From Nageia nagi (Eukaryota; Plantae; Pinophyta), in the NCBI GenBank assembly GCA_050084985.1, contig JBITNC010000001.1, forward strand, positions 67,146,001-67,210,000: DNA of 64,000 nucleotides. Direction: 5' to 3'. Below the pieces are notes generated by a model. That model did no database searches and had not been told where the DNA came from. It was given only the letters and a program-made list of their open reading frames with translations. This document shows, one piece after another, positions 27,501 to 40,316 of the stretch. Both the position numbers and the translations under genes were made by a program. Each line of letters opens with the position of its first letter. Positions within the stretch are counted from its first letter, which is position 1.

Positions 27501-29733
27501 TGGTAAATATAGCATCATGTTCTTTTTCCCGGTTACGTCTCTATCCCACCATCCAGTTTCTCTATTTCTAGAGATGTTTGCGTGAAATTTAAAGTCATGA
27601 CTGTTGGAGCATATTCATTTGTTTATAACTGCTGAGATTCCTTTATTCCTCTTGTATGTTTCTCTCAGAAGAAGGTTTTCAAGCAATTCAAGTAAATTTG
27701 AAGATCAGACATGGTCCTTGAGAGCTTAGACCTTAATCTAAGGCTTTTCGGGAAAGTTAAGTCCAAGGTTTCCGACAGAGATGAACGAATATTAAAAACT
27801 GAAACTCCAATATGCTTAATGTGATAACTTTGACATGCCTTCAACCTTCCAACAGCTATGGTGTCAAGAGTGATTTGATAGATCTGACTGTATGATCGAA
27901 TGACTCTCAAGAATCTATAGCATTATTTAACAACTCTTGGTAAGGGTGAATTTCATGTTTCGATAAAATTTATGTTCAAGGCATTCTCCAATAAAAGTTA
28001 TAAGATTTGTTGGCGATGTTTATTACTGTCTGATTAACGGTCTAATGAATTTCTAAGAGAAGAATTGTCAATTTTGACGAAATATGTTTGACACCTGAAT
28101 CCAATGGCTCTCGTAAGTTTGAGTGTGGATTAAATGGCTCTCGTAAAAAATAAAATGAATGTTTCCAAGGATATACGATTTTAAGAAAGTGATTCATATG
28201 GATATGAGACAATATTGAGAGCCAAGATGCCCACGGCTGTATTAATGATGCAGAATGACAAATGATACAATACCAAGTCCAAAGGACTCAACGTTGGCTT
28301 CCAAGGAGCCAACTAGGGCACAACAAACATACAAATGTGATCACTGCTGGTACAATTGATGGGACAACCTCACTACCTCAAGCCTGGATGTTCTGCTTGA
28401 GAACTCCCATGCCTAGAAACCATTGAAGGTAGAAGTGTGACCTCAGAATACCATCGAATGGACTAAGATGCTACACCTTAGTCGTAGATTAGCAAGATCC
28501 CTCAGCCTGCTATCCCTCCTAGATGTTGCACCTAGGGAAAATTGCTTGATGTTGAACCAAAGACTTGTGTCCATTGGATGGTAGGAGAAATAATAATAAT
28601 CAGGTATATCCATGCAATGATGCTCCAACAATTAATATAGCTCACACTGGATTTGGATCTCACCTCAAAGTCATCACCCAACCCTCCTATTCCAACATTG
28701 GCTTCCTAGAAGCCCCACAAAGCCCAACGAAGGTGCCAAGGGATCAATCCAAGCCCAACGAGGGTGTCTTGGAGTCACAATGAGCCAACGTGGGGTATAG
28801 AGTGCATGTTTGGGTGTCTAGGAGTCATCTTGGGCCAACGTGGGGGTCTAGGAGTCTCCCCAATGCTGGCGCATGTGTACAAATACTCCCAAATCCAACC
28901 TTGGGTTAAATAGATGTTTATCCGTGCTCAAGTATCATCTAGGTGCTACACAAGATTTGCGATTCCCACAAACAATACTCAGAATCTCCAAGTACATAGG
29001 AATAATATTGTTTCATGCTAGCCTATGCTTGGGAGGAAGACGTCCCACTTTGGGCTCACAGTGAAGTCCAACGGACCTTTATAATTTCTATCCCAAGTAC
29101 TAACAACTAATGCATAATTAAATAAAGAAATATTTACAAAGGGGAATCCGTAGGATTACATAATTAATTATATTTACAAAAAAGGGTGTTACACAATGTT
29201 TTTACCAGAGTTTACTGACTCAAAAATGAGTTCTATATTGACTGATTTATGGATGGAAATCAGCCTTTCTCATAGTAGTTCATTTTGCCAAAGCAATCAA
29301 GCCTCAAGTACTGATATGAAGAAAGCATGTGGAAGATATTCTTCCTATGTTATGATCACAAAATCAGTTCTACCCATCTACAAGACAAATCAGGACAGGA
29401 CCATCCTTCATCAACAATGAATCCTTACGTTTTCAAGGAAGTGAAGCTTTGTGATCCGTTTTGGAGTATGACAAAGGATGGGCGGTTGAATAGACATGCA
29501 TCATCAACATCTATACCTTGGGACAGCCACCTAAATGATCACATACTCTTGATTTCATCAAGGGATCGTCTTGAGGATCATTTGCTAGCACACTTGAAGT
29601 ATGATCATGAAAACAAGTGCCACTTAGAAAACTTGGATAGCTTACTACACTTGAAGACAAAGCAAGGAGACAAGCATCACTTTGGGATATGTTTAGAATT
29701 GCTTGAGGGCAAGTAATTTGAGGAGGAAGGACT

Positions 29734-30800
29734 TGTAATCTCCCCAATTTCGGACATCTTGACATCATCCTTCAAGCCTATTCATTGTGATATTTAGTAC
29801 TTGTATTATGAGTATTTTATTTGTCAAATTATGTAGTGTCCCCAACTTTGAGAAACCTTGTTGAAGGCCTAACATTCGTCACAAGTCCAGGATTGTTGAT
29901 TTGTCTTTTGGAATGGATGGAGAATCTTCTGGAAATTGTTTTGACAAGTAACACGACATTCTTTTATCAAGAAATGAGGGAGATATTGCATTTTGAAGTT
30001 CACCAGCTGAGCTAATCTCCGAACATAGCACGCGCCGAAATCGGCCAGGGAAAGTTAGCTAGAAGAAAGATATTTTATTTCAAGGTCGGCCAAGATCATA
30101 ATTATTGGTTTTTTCAAGGTTTAGTCACCTATATAAAGAAGATTAGAAAATCACTTGAAGACATCATCTTGTGCATTCGATCTTTGATCATTCAAAGCTT
30201 AGGGATGCTTCCCTTCTCTACCTTCTAGGGCTTAGGGCTACTCCCTAGCCTAAAAGTGGCTCATCTACACTTCTTGATAGCTTAAATTCGCTATTCTTGC
30301 CATTTGGGAGCTTACGCCAACCATTGGGAACTATTTGGAGACTTGCGCCTATCTTGACAACTACCTTGAGACTTGTGCCAGCATTGAGGAGTCTAGTTTG
30401 AGCATTCTTGAGTTTTGGGCTTTGCCCTAGAGCTTTTTACAGGCTTGTTATTGCCCTATATTTATTCTTGGTTCATTATTAATGATATTAGCTTTCATAT
30501 TGCATCTCGAATGTGAATGAATGTTTCTACATATTTTCTACCTTCTTTGTTTATGGGAATGTATGCGAGTTGAGTACTTTTGGAGCTATATTTTTGTTAT
30601 GTTACAAATATGATTTGTTTCCTAGTTTTGATCATATTCACATGTTATGAACGCTTTATATCAGTTTTGATTATTGTTGTTACATATCTATTTGAGGACA
30701 TGATTTGGATATTTTATGAGCATGTTTATTGATGCCCTAGTTTGTGGATTAAGTGTGGAATTGAATGCTAAATTAGATAAACCAAGAAAGGTACATTACA
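29734..30800 (+). repeat. 3' LTR of a chromovirus-type element, preceded by PPT and pol-tail remnant
   Basis: LELLEGK*FEEEG tail, PPT GAGGAGGAAGGA, then TGTAATCTCC. TATA-like CTATATAAAG near 30129. Likely end GGTACATTACA at 30800 (end ambiguous). Confidence 0.6.
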
Positions 30801-31099
30801 GATAAGTTAAATTCTACAAGATAAATGGATCGCACCACTCCATTTATAGTTGGATGTCTCATCCTAAGTGACTAGGCATCCCATTCCTAGGTATCACAAT
30901 TTCCCTTGAGATTACAATTTTCATATCTTGGGATCTCACGTTACATTATTACACTCGAAGACAATTAATAATGCCCCAATTTTAAAATATCAAAAATCAC
31001 TCCTAATTATCTCTATGAAAGAAAATGGCCCAATAAAATTATTATAGTGCAAAAATGAGTGAGAAATCAAAATTGGGGACATTACATTCCTGTATGGAA

Positions 31100-33880
31100 G
31101 TCATGGTTGAAACGAAGGGATAGGAATTATGCAGATATTTTGAACATCTTATTGAGTTGTGGCACATTTGATTTGCTATCATAATTTGAAGGATCATCCA
31201 AAGATTTTCTAATGGGGTAAATTCAATTGTAATAAGATGCATGAACAATTCATGTTGATACAAAAGGCATATATTGATAGTATGATTGTTTTTCTTGGAT
31301 TCTCTCTTTACTCAATTCTGATGCATTTTTGTCAAGTTAGTTGAGTGTAAATCAATTAAAAGAGTTTAGGGCCTTTCAAGCATTACATGTACAAGATAGG
31401 TCGACATTCTTACATGAAGGGGTGACATCTTATTTTGATTTCATATCGAATTGTTACTCAGGTGTTTAATTTCTACTAATAGACGTAGTTCCTTCTAGAA
31501 TTTTATTTCAAAGTTTTAAATTTTTGAAGGGAAACCCTATTGGTAATATGATGAGAACAAAGATTTTAATTTACTTCATTGTATTCGGATGTAAATTACC
31601 CTCTAAAGTTTTGTCTATTTTCTTTCCTAATTCCTTAGTCATGCTAGGGATCACTAGATGGCTTACAAAGTATGCAAAGATAAATGTAGCTTCTAATCAC
31701 TCCAAATATGAATGGTTAATGGTTCCTTCCAAAATTGGGCATTCTTGTAATGAGTAATATCCAAACTTTTTACATGCAATTCTTGTCATAGAAATTTTAA
31801 AATTTTGGAAAGCTATTTGAAGACCCTATGATCCTAAAGGATGGTTTGCTAAAAGGGTTAAAATTTACAGAAAAATATAGGTTTTGTACATGCATTAGAT
31901 CCTTTTTGAGGATGATTTTGTTACAATTTGAAAGTTGATGGTCATATAGTTGGTATCTTGCAAAGGTATCATCATGTGAATAGAAAGTATGTCAAATTGA
32001 CAATACCTGATGAACATTCCCTTGAATTGCTAGAATTGAGGAGAATGACTACAAACAAATATGTCCCCAATGTGGACTTTGTGCCACCTAACTTCTTGGA
32101 AAATCCTTTCCATTTTGATGGTGATGGAAATGCAAATGTTCAAAAAGTCAAAATTTTAGTATCATCTTCCTTTGATTGAAGTCTTGAAGAATACTTATGA
32201 GAGGAGAGTCAGTTGAGCTAAATCAATTGAAAGAGTTTGGGGCCATCCAAGCATTACATGTAGATAGGTCGACATTCTTGCATGGAGTGGCATCTTATTT
32301 TGAATTCATTACAACTTATTACTTACGTGTTAACTTTCTACTAATAGAGGTAGTTCCTCCTAAAATTTCATCTCAAATTTGCAAACTCTTAAAGTGAAAT
32401 CATATTGGTCATATAATGGAAAATGAGATTTATACTTACTTTAGAGTATTTGAATCTGAAGTTACCTCCTAAAGCTTTACATGTCTACTATCCTTAAAGA
32501 TTACTAGACAACTTACAAAGGATAATAAGATAAGAGTAGTTTCTCATCACAAGTTCACAACAAATATGATTGGTTAATGGTTCCTTGCTCTGATTCCAAT
32601 TCCCAAAAAAAGATTTGATTTGAAGTGGAATCTTACATTTCTGATTTTTTCCAATTTTGCCCAATTCTGATCCCAATTTCAAATTTTTTTTCGATTTCTC
32701 AATTTTTGCATTTTTTTTTTTTAGCTTCCAATTTTTGTCGATTTTTTTTCCTGATTCCTGATCCCGATTCTAATAACAAAAAAACAATTTCGAAGCGATT
32801 CCACTTTTTACAACTATGGTTCCTTGCAAAATTGAGCATTATTATTATAAGGGATATCTAGGCTTTTTACATGCAATTCCTATCATGACCACTTTTAAAT
32901 TTGAGGAAGTAATTTGGAGACTATGATCCTAAAGGATCGTTTGCTAAAACGGTTAAAAAGTATCAAAAACATATAGGTTTTGTACATGCATTAGATCCTT
33001 TTGAGGATGATTTTATTACTGTTTTGAAAGTTGAGGGTCATATAGCTGGTATCTTGCAAAGGTATCAGCCTATGAAAAGAAAGGTATGCCAAATTAAGGA
33101 TACCTTGTAATTATTCCCCTAAAGTGTTGGAATTGACGAAAATGAGTACATACAGATATGTCCCCATTGTGGACATTATGCCACCTGAGTTCCTGAAAAA
33201 GCCTTTCCGACTTGATGGTGATGGAAATACAAATGTTGAAGAAGTCAAAGTTGAGTATCAATTTTCTTTGACGGAAGTCTTGAAGAATACTTATGAGAGG
33301 AGAGTCGAATCTTATAAAAGTTTATTTCAGCTTAAAGCAACTGGTTCAGAAAATAAAAATTATGTCCATGTATATTCTATATAGAAAAAAGAATAGATAT
33401 CAGTTTCACTTACTCTCACAAAAGATGCTAAAGAAAAGCTATTCTTCCTACTTTTTCTCATGGTCCTTTTGATTTTTCTAGGTTTGTTTTATCTACATTG
33501 CTTGATATAACAACCAATACTTTCAATGGTAAGAGGTTTGAGATAACTCCATAGTTGAGACCTCAAATTGTGGAAGCTGGTAGGATTGATGTATTACTAA
33601 CAAGGTGCAATGCAATGCTAGCTCCTACAAGTAATGACAAAACTCTTTTGAAGAAGATCAAATCTGAAAGTTCACATGTTTCATTAATTGTGATCAAACA
33701 TCAATTGGTATCCAAACAGGAAGAGTTGGACCAGATTATGAAAGAGAATTCACTCACCCTATTAAAGCAATATGAGCTTTCATCCTTTCCTGAAGAACAA
33801 GTGCTAGCGGTACATAGAGATGAATTCGATAAAACAAAGCATAAGACTACAAACCTAAGCCTATGGCTGGTTTACAAGTT
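31100..33880 (+). pseudogene. Distant homologue of the accessory ORF with an ~860-bp tandem duplication
   Basis: YFIVFGCKLPSKVLS..LVMLGITRW..RPYDPKG resembles the YTY..P..LPRY..RL.L.EF..NYDPRG block; 31340-32200 is repeated at 32205-33300. Confidence 0.55.
32588..32818. mobile_element. hAT-like MITE remnant (left terminus lost)
   Basis: Absent from the other duplicate copy. Flanked by an 8-bp direct repeat GTTCCTTG (32580-32587, 32819-32826), ends ...TTTTACAACTATG, and is rich in CGATT/CAATT motifs. Confidence 0.7.
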
Positions 33881-35193
33881 ACTGGTATTGAAAAAATTGC
33901 AAAGATGTACCTTTCTAGGGTTTATCCTAAATTGCAAAGATGTAATGTACCTTTCTAGGGTATTGAAAAAATTGCAAAGATGTAATATTGGTCTTATTCT
34001 GGACTTGCGCCGGGAATGAATATACTCCTAACTTGTGATTTTTTCTCTCTCTTGAGGACTTCATGCTAATGGAGAAGACCATCCAAGGCTGGCACAAGTT
34101 TTGAAGAGGTCATGGAGCTTGTTTTGACGAGGACTTGCACTCAAGAAGAGGAGAAAAGCTTGGTTGATGCATTCACTATCAAGCCGAGTAGTAAATAACA
34201 AATATGCTCAAATCACTACTAGGCGAGAGCAAGGAGCTGTAGGGTCTTTATGGAAGACTCGATGGAAAGGGACAAAGATGGGGTGAGGGCGTGAATGCAT
34301 AAACCTAACCAAATGATATAAAGATAAGCTATAACCTCATAATGTATCCACTTGCGTGCAAATTATGCAGAGAAGGATCAGACTCTTTCACACGAAAGAT
34401 ACATATGCAAACCAAAGAAACGGACCATTCACATATGTACAATCGCACAAATGATATCTCACAATACAACTTTGTGATTTTATTCCTCTAATCAAACACA
34501 TTCAAAATGATATTCAATAACAAAATATGCACAAAACCCCTCTTTATAGCAATCTTCTATGCAATGGAATGTGAATCTCATAATATGCAAAGGCTTAAAA
34601 TGATCATGCACATGGACTCCATAGCCTCTAAAATATGCAAGAACTCCAATATATGATGCTTTCATTACGTGCAAAAGTCCCAGGCAAAATAGTACAAAAT
34701 ATGTGCATAAACTCATGTCAAAAATTCCTTATGCAAAAGCCTTGTGTTCCAAATTCCGCTTCTAAATGGCCCGAAAGCGGTATAAATAGGCCATTAGAAG
34801 TAATGCCCTAAAGGCATCAAATCTAATATGGTGTGCACACACGCAACACACATACCAATACAACATCAAATATCATCACGCAAAACTATATAAGTGGCAT
34901 CTAAAGCTGACAAACTATAAATGCCACAGCCACAATGCATTTACTCTACATCTAATCTATCCAACAGAAAATCAGATATGCAATAAATAGACTCAAAAGG
35001 TCTGACATTTAAACCGGCAAGAGTAAAACCTCATCCCTGCACCGGTTAAAGTCATAAATGATTCTAACATATTTGATTAGGTAGGAGCAAAACCTCATTC
35101 CTACACCACTCAAATCATAAAAAAGTCTGACACAACCAACATGTATGCATTAAACATGAAAACAGAATACCACAAATGGGATTTGCGGGTGAA

Positions 35194-37098
35194 TTAGATT
35201 TCGGTCAAATCTGATTCGACACGGACGAAGTTCCACTCCTCACTGGTGAGACCGTAGGACTCAATGGTCTCCTCCAAGAATGCCACGGTCTTCTGCATGC
35301 CCATAGAAATCATGCCAACAGTGCTGCCATTCAGCCGGAAGTAGCCTTCAATCTTTTTGATCGTGGCTTGCATCTGGTACCTCCAGATGACCATCCGCCT
35401 CTCATGCAAAATAGGATGTCTGCCTTTAGCAAATTGAGATCCTCAACCTCAAGATGCTCCTAGATCAAATTTTGAGCCTCCGCCAATACCGCTTCCTTCT
35501 TCCTGACGTTATTGTTTCCCCCTGGAACTTGAGTTGATAAAGATACTCGCTCATTTGCTCCTCTACTTCCTTTCGCAAAGGGATCCTCATCTTAAGGACA
35601 ACATTGCACTTTTCAAGTGCATGGTTCAACCAATCATGGTGATAGGTGAACTCATGGCAATAGATCAATTTCTCGGGGTTATCGACGTATGTATGCTGCA
35701 GGTGGGAAACGTTGGGTAGGTAACCATCCAATGTGCCAACGTGAGTAGCAGTCTGAGTTTTGAGATCTCGGATCTCAACACCTTCAAAATGATAGTCTCC
35801 GTCAACTCGTTTTTGAGTTGTTCCTTCATGAATTCCCACCCCTCATGGAAGGAAGTTTGCTTCTGCAAATGTAAGAGGGTGGTGCTGATTTTTTGGAACT
35901 CTTTTATGATTTTCCAATTGGCCGTGAGTTCTTTTTTCAATCTCTTCACTTCCCTTTTGGCTTTGTAGCCTTCTTGTTCCATGACCGCAGCATTCTGAGT
36001 AACAATGTGCTTCCTAGCCATTAACCCCAGTTTTAGTGGCATCTTAAATGTCTCAATAACACAGTCTTTTGCCCTCTAGGGATGCTTCTTCTTGGAGTAA
36101 CAATGGCTGATGAAGATCTCCTTGCAAGAGGTGGAAACAAAAGTGTCTACCCTCTAAATTTTCTCTCCATCTAAGAGTTCTTCTTCTTCATCCTTTGATT
36201 GCAAGTCTTGCTCTATATCTTCATCATGAGTTGTGCTCATGTTGAGGGCTCTAAGGCAGGCATCCAGGTCAAGATCTGGATGTTCAGTTGTTGGCCGTGG
36301 GGGAAACCTTTGAACCAGCAATCTTCCCTTATCAACTTTCTTGACCTCTTTTGCTAGGGTGGGTGGTAAAACTTTCATCTCTTTGCCTTGATGCTCCTCC
36401 TGCCTTCTCTTCTTTTGTTCTTTTGTCTCACCTTCATCCTCTTCATCTTCTCCATTGCCACCTAAAGATATACCTTTGTTTCGGAGTTGGGGAGATCTGT
36501 CATAACTCCTTTTGGAAGAAGATTTATGTGAAGGAGACTTCTTCCTAGGATCGGCAAGAGAGGACTTAGATACCTCTCTATCGCATTTCTTGCTAAGTAT
36601 CTGGACGTCATCATCATAGGTACCTACATCCACTATCTCACCCTCAAGATGGTTTCCACTTCCATCTCATCAGGTGCTGAAGCACCAATGGTTATGTACT
36701 CTTGCTTAGGCATGTGGGCAATGTTGACATCATCTTCCTCTTCTTCTTCTTCTTCTTCCCTTTCACTACAGCTCTTTTATTCTTCGGTAGAATCTTCAAC
36801 CATACGCTCAGGATTTTCATTAGCTTCTTTATCGAAAGAAGAAGAGGAGGTTTCAGAACTACTAGAACTTGGCTGTAAAGGGGGAACTTTCTCTCTTGAA
36901 CTAGGAGAATGGGTTGATCTGGAAGGAATCCTTTTAGAGGAGGAACAACTACCACAAGCCATATTAATCACATAGTCCAACACATCTAGAGGGAGAGCGT
37001 AATATCCAACATCTTTAAGATCATTTTCTAACACACTACACTTGCTAGTGACCGAAATGGGCTCTCTCGGGGCCTCTTGCCTTTTCCTTCCAACAAGC
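35194..37098 (-). pseudogene. Accessory ORF, copy D (3' half only, truncated at the PDS5-element LTR)
   Basis: DLDLDACLRALNM, KLGLMARKHIVTQNAAVMEQEG and HERRMVIWRYQMQ match copies B and C. Confidence 0.8.
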
Positions 37099-39629
37099 AA
37101 GAGTGTATAAGAAGAATGGATAATAGATAATGCTACCTTCAAATGGTGTTCTCCTCCTCCTTTTATACATGAACTTGAAATTACAAGTTTCATCATGAAG
37201 TGGTTGGCCGACCTAACCCAAAAGAGGGACGTCCAATTCAAAATGCTCGGTTACAAAATTTTTGCACATTAAATGGGATGGCCAACAAATAGGGATATTG
37301 CAAATCATCCTAAATACATCAAAAGACACCTAAATACTCGAAAATATCATTATCTCCTCCTAAAGGAGGGACATCCCACTTGAAGCGGAAAAATTACAAT
37401 AAATTAAGTGAGTGGGACCTGTGCACGCGATTCTAGAAATGTAGTTTTCGAGCCGATCTTCAAAGTGCAATATCTCCTTCATTTCTTGATGAAATCATGT
37501 CGTATAACCTGTCAAAATGTTTGGCAAAAGATGCTCTATGCATTTCAGAAAATGAAGCGACAATCTGTGGCTTCTAACGAAAGTTAGGCCTTCTACAAAG
37601 TTTCTCAAAATTGAGGTCATTACAAACCCACCCTTCTGGAAATTGCTTGTCCTCAAGCAATGCCAACACAGTCTCATCCTACCAAGTTGAAACTAACCAT
37701 GATCCAGAGTCTCAAGTCTTCACAAGAACAATTATGAGTGAAGAGAAAGTCATCAAAATTATTGCTACTATACCCATCATGCCGAGGTAGGATTCAAAAC
37801 CTTGATACCTCGCAATGATGCCAAAGGATGGTATCATAATGGTGAAGAATGAATGCTGCCCCAAGCACACTCTCCCATGGCTGATCTTAGATGGCTTCCA
37901 ATCCTTTTTGCTGGCTGCAATTCCATCATTCATCCTCATGCTATAAAATGAAGAAGTTCTTTGCTTGGCAAGAACACTTGTAATACTGTTTTGGCTCCAA
38001 AATCTGGGTTGCATCAGGTCTGACTTTTCTTCCGTAGCAGTGTTTGTTGGCTGTTCCAACCTCCTCAATGCACCAAAACTCAGATTTCCTTCTATCCTCA
38101 TGGTTGTATAATGAAAAGATTTGGCAAACCCCACAATAACAAGGAATATATTCACACAAAAGGGACTGAAGGAGTGAGATGCATCATCAACACAACCCTG
38201 TATGAAAGCTAACAACTCATGCTCAATAAGCTCTTTCTCCAAAACAAACTCAGTTCTGAATTTCACAAGAAAAACAGTCTCTATCATCATGGAAAACATT
38301 CTTCCACACCTTCTAAAATGAGCAAATTCAGCCTTCATGCAATACTCACCCAAAACTGAAAACCAATGTGATGTAGCAGCCTCTTTCATCAAATAAAATG
38401 CAGCAAACATAAAAAAACTCGGTCCTAATGTGAAACACAGCCTCTAATGGCTCTAAAATTGTCCTAAATGGTACCAAATATGCAGCCCCATTAGGAATGC
38501 AAACCGAGACCCAACAGGTTGTCATTGCTACCAACATTCTACCTGCAGCCTCAAAAGTCTGTGAACAGTCAACCCAAACAACTCCAAAAATCACCTCAAA
38601 AACAGTCCTAATCACTTCCCTGGAAACAGTCCTGAAAACCAGAGAAGTATCAGTCCCAAACGACATTGTTTAGTTCTCAAGTATTCTCCACGAAGCTCTC
38701 CCAATTTCCTTCCATTTTGCTGTTTCAGCCAACATCAAAGGTGCAGCCTAAATTGCACCTTGTCGTAGCAGTCCCAAATTTAAGCCAAGTACTCACATAC
38801 ATCAACTCCTCACTGTGTGCAGCCTCAATTAAGAATGTAACTATGCCAAACAAGAAATCAGCTTCATTTCTTATCATCCTCTTATTACCACCACTCAGCG
38901 ATGCAGTCTTTTCCCCAACCAACTCATGAATGCCAAGATCCTCAAAACATCAGCTTTCATAAAAATCATAATCAATGTCATACCTCATGGAAGTAATCTC
39001 ATGGCTGATCCATGCCTTCAAACAGTGCAAAAGTGACTTCAAGAGAGGGACGTCTCCCTCCAAACACCTCAAAGACCTCACAAGAGTGGGACAAACTTCT
39101 TGGAAGCTCAAAATTGATTTTTGGAAGCTCCCAAATGTCTCACCGAATTTTGCTTCACCTTTTCTTGAAGGGCTCCTTCAACTGAACTCCCATCAATCTT
39201 TTGTATTTCTTCCAGGGAACAGCGATCAAAAATCGGATCTGAAACAACAATCTTTTCTACCTCTCTTTCCACATTTTCTTCATCATGCTCTTCTTTAACA
39301 AACATCTTCTTCTTTGATTGTATCCTCCATATGTGTAGGTGCATATACTTCAAAAGAAACATTTTGGGACTCTAAACATACCTCATGTGGCAAGGCATCA
39401 TCCTCTTTTCCTTCATTGTAAAACTCATGAATGAAATCAGCTCTATGTGATAATGGGTCCTCCAAAGTCAAAACGAGCCATGTATGATGTCTTTTGGATA
39501 GGTCCCTCATCATGCTCGAATGCTGAAGTGTCTTCATTGTGATCTCCTTTTTCTGTTTCATGTGATGGAGTAACATCTTCATGTGAAGCCTTGGCTGTGA
39601 GCTGCTATTCCTCCCTCATCTCCTCATGG

Positions 39630-40316
39630 TCTAAGGAAGGTTTCAGCATCTCTTCACACTATCTAATAACATTGTTAACCAAATCATGTGCAGCAAATGA
39701 AGTAAACAAATCTTGTTTCTAAAAATCCACTAATATAGATAAGAATGGTTGGTAAATGCAATCACTTCCATCTATGATCAAGGTCATAATGTCTCTCATG
39801 GTTAAAATGATATTATGAGCATGTTCTTTTCTAGCTGAAGCAATGAAACGATGGAACATTTTGTAAATCAACTCATCCATATACAAGTCTAACATGATGT
39901 TTCCCATTCCAGTTTTTGTGAATGATTAGATATTGTGACCTTCCTAGCAAAATGTGAATTTGTGATATCTCCCAAGTATTCAAAGCTATCAACCAAGAGT
40001 TGAAGTATTTTCCTCAATGTATTATCATCATAGGGTGCTTTAGGTGTTGTAATTCTCAAGATCTCCCTCAAACAAGAAGTGACCATGATTCTTACCTCTC
40101 CCTTTGTGTGTTTCACCATTTTGGCTTGCCCAAGGATAACACCGCCATAATCATAGCTGTTTGAGAAAGTGACGGATCTACTATGCACAAATATCCTTCT
40201 ATTTCACCTAAGGTGTAGAGGAGATCATTTTTTGGCCGAAATAATAATCCAAGTTTACCTCCAACATTTGTGAGCCTCCCAATCAGCTTGCTTTCACTCA
40301 GTGGTGCTATGGTCAT
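39630..40316 (-). pseudogene. PDS5: Captured, intron-less N-terminal domain of cohesin regulator PDS5 (two frameshifts, stops), followed by an acidic tail to ~38950
   Basis: KHTKGEVRIMVTSCLREILRITTPKAPYDDNTLRKILQLLVDSFEYL and IMLDLYMDELIYKMFHRFIASARKEHAHNIILTMRDIMTLIIDGSDCIYQPFLSIL..CEEMLKPSL are collinear with the plant PDS5 N-terminus as recalled (HSDxDVKVxVASCISEITRITAPDAPYDD..VMLDLECDxLIxEMFxHF..METIMTLVLEESEDI..CAxKLKPYL). Confidence 0.88.

Noticed and set aside
29734-31086. A single element with long terminal inverted repeats (TGTAATCTCCCCAATTT vs AAATTGGGGACATTACA)
   Set aside because: The left end follows a PPT, and the right part has its own minus-strand TATA-like box. This is better explained as two related LTR starts in opposite orientation; no TSD found.
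37712-38410. 232-aa ORF as a real gene
   Set aside because: No recognisable motif; it lies in the decayed interior of the non-autonomous element and may be scrambled pol-derived or chance sequence.
39630-40316. Functional host PDS5 gene
   Set aside because: No introns, two frameshifts, in-frame stops, only the N-terminal part present, and enclosed by PBS/PPT/LTRs.
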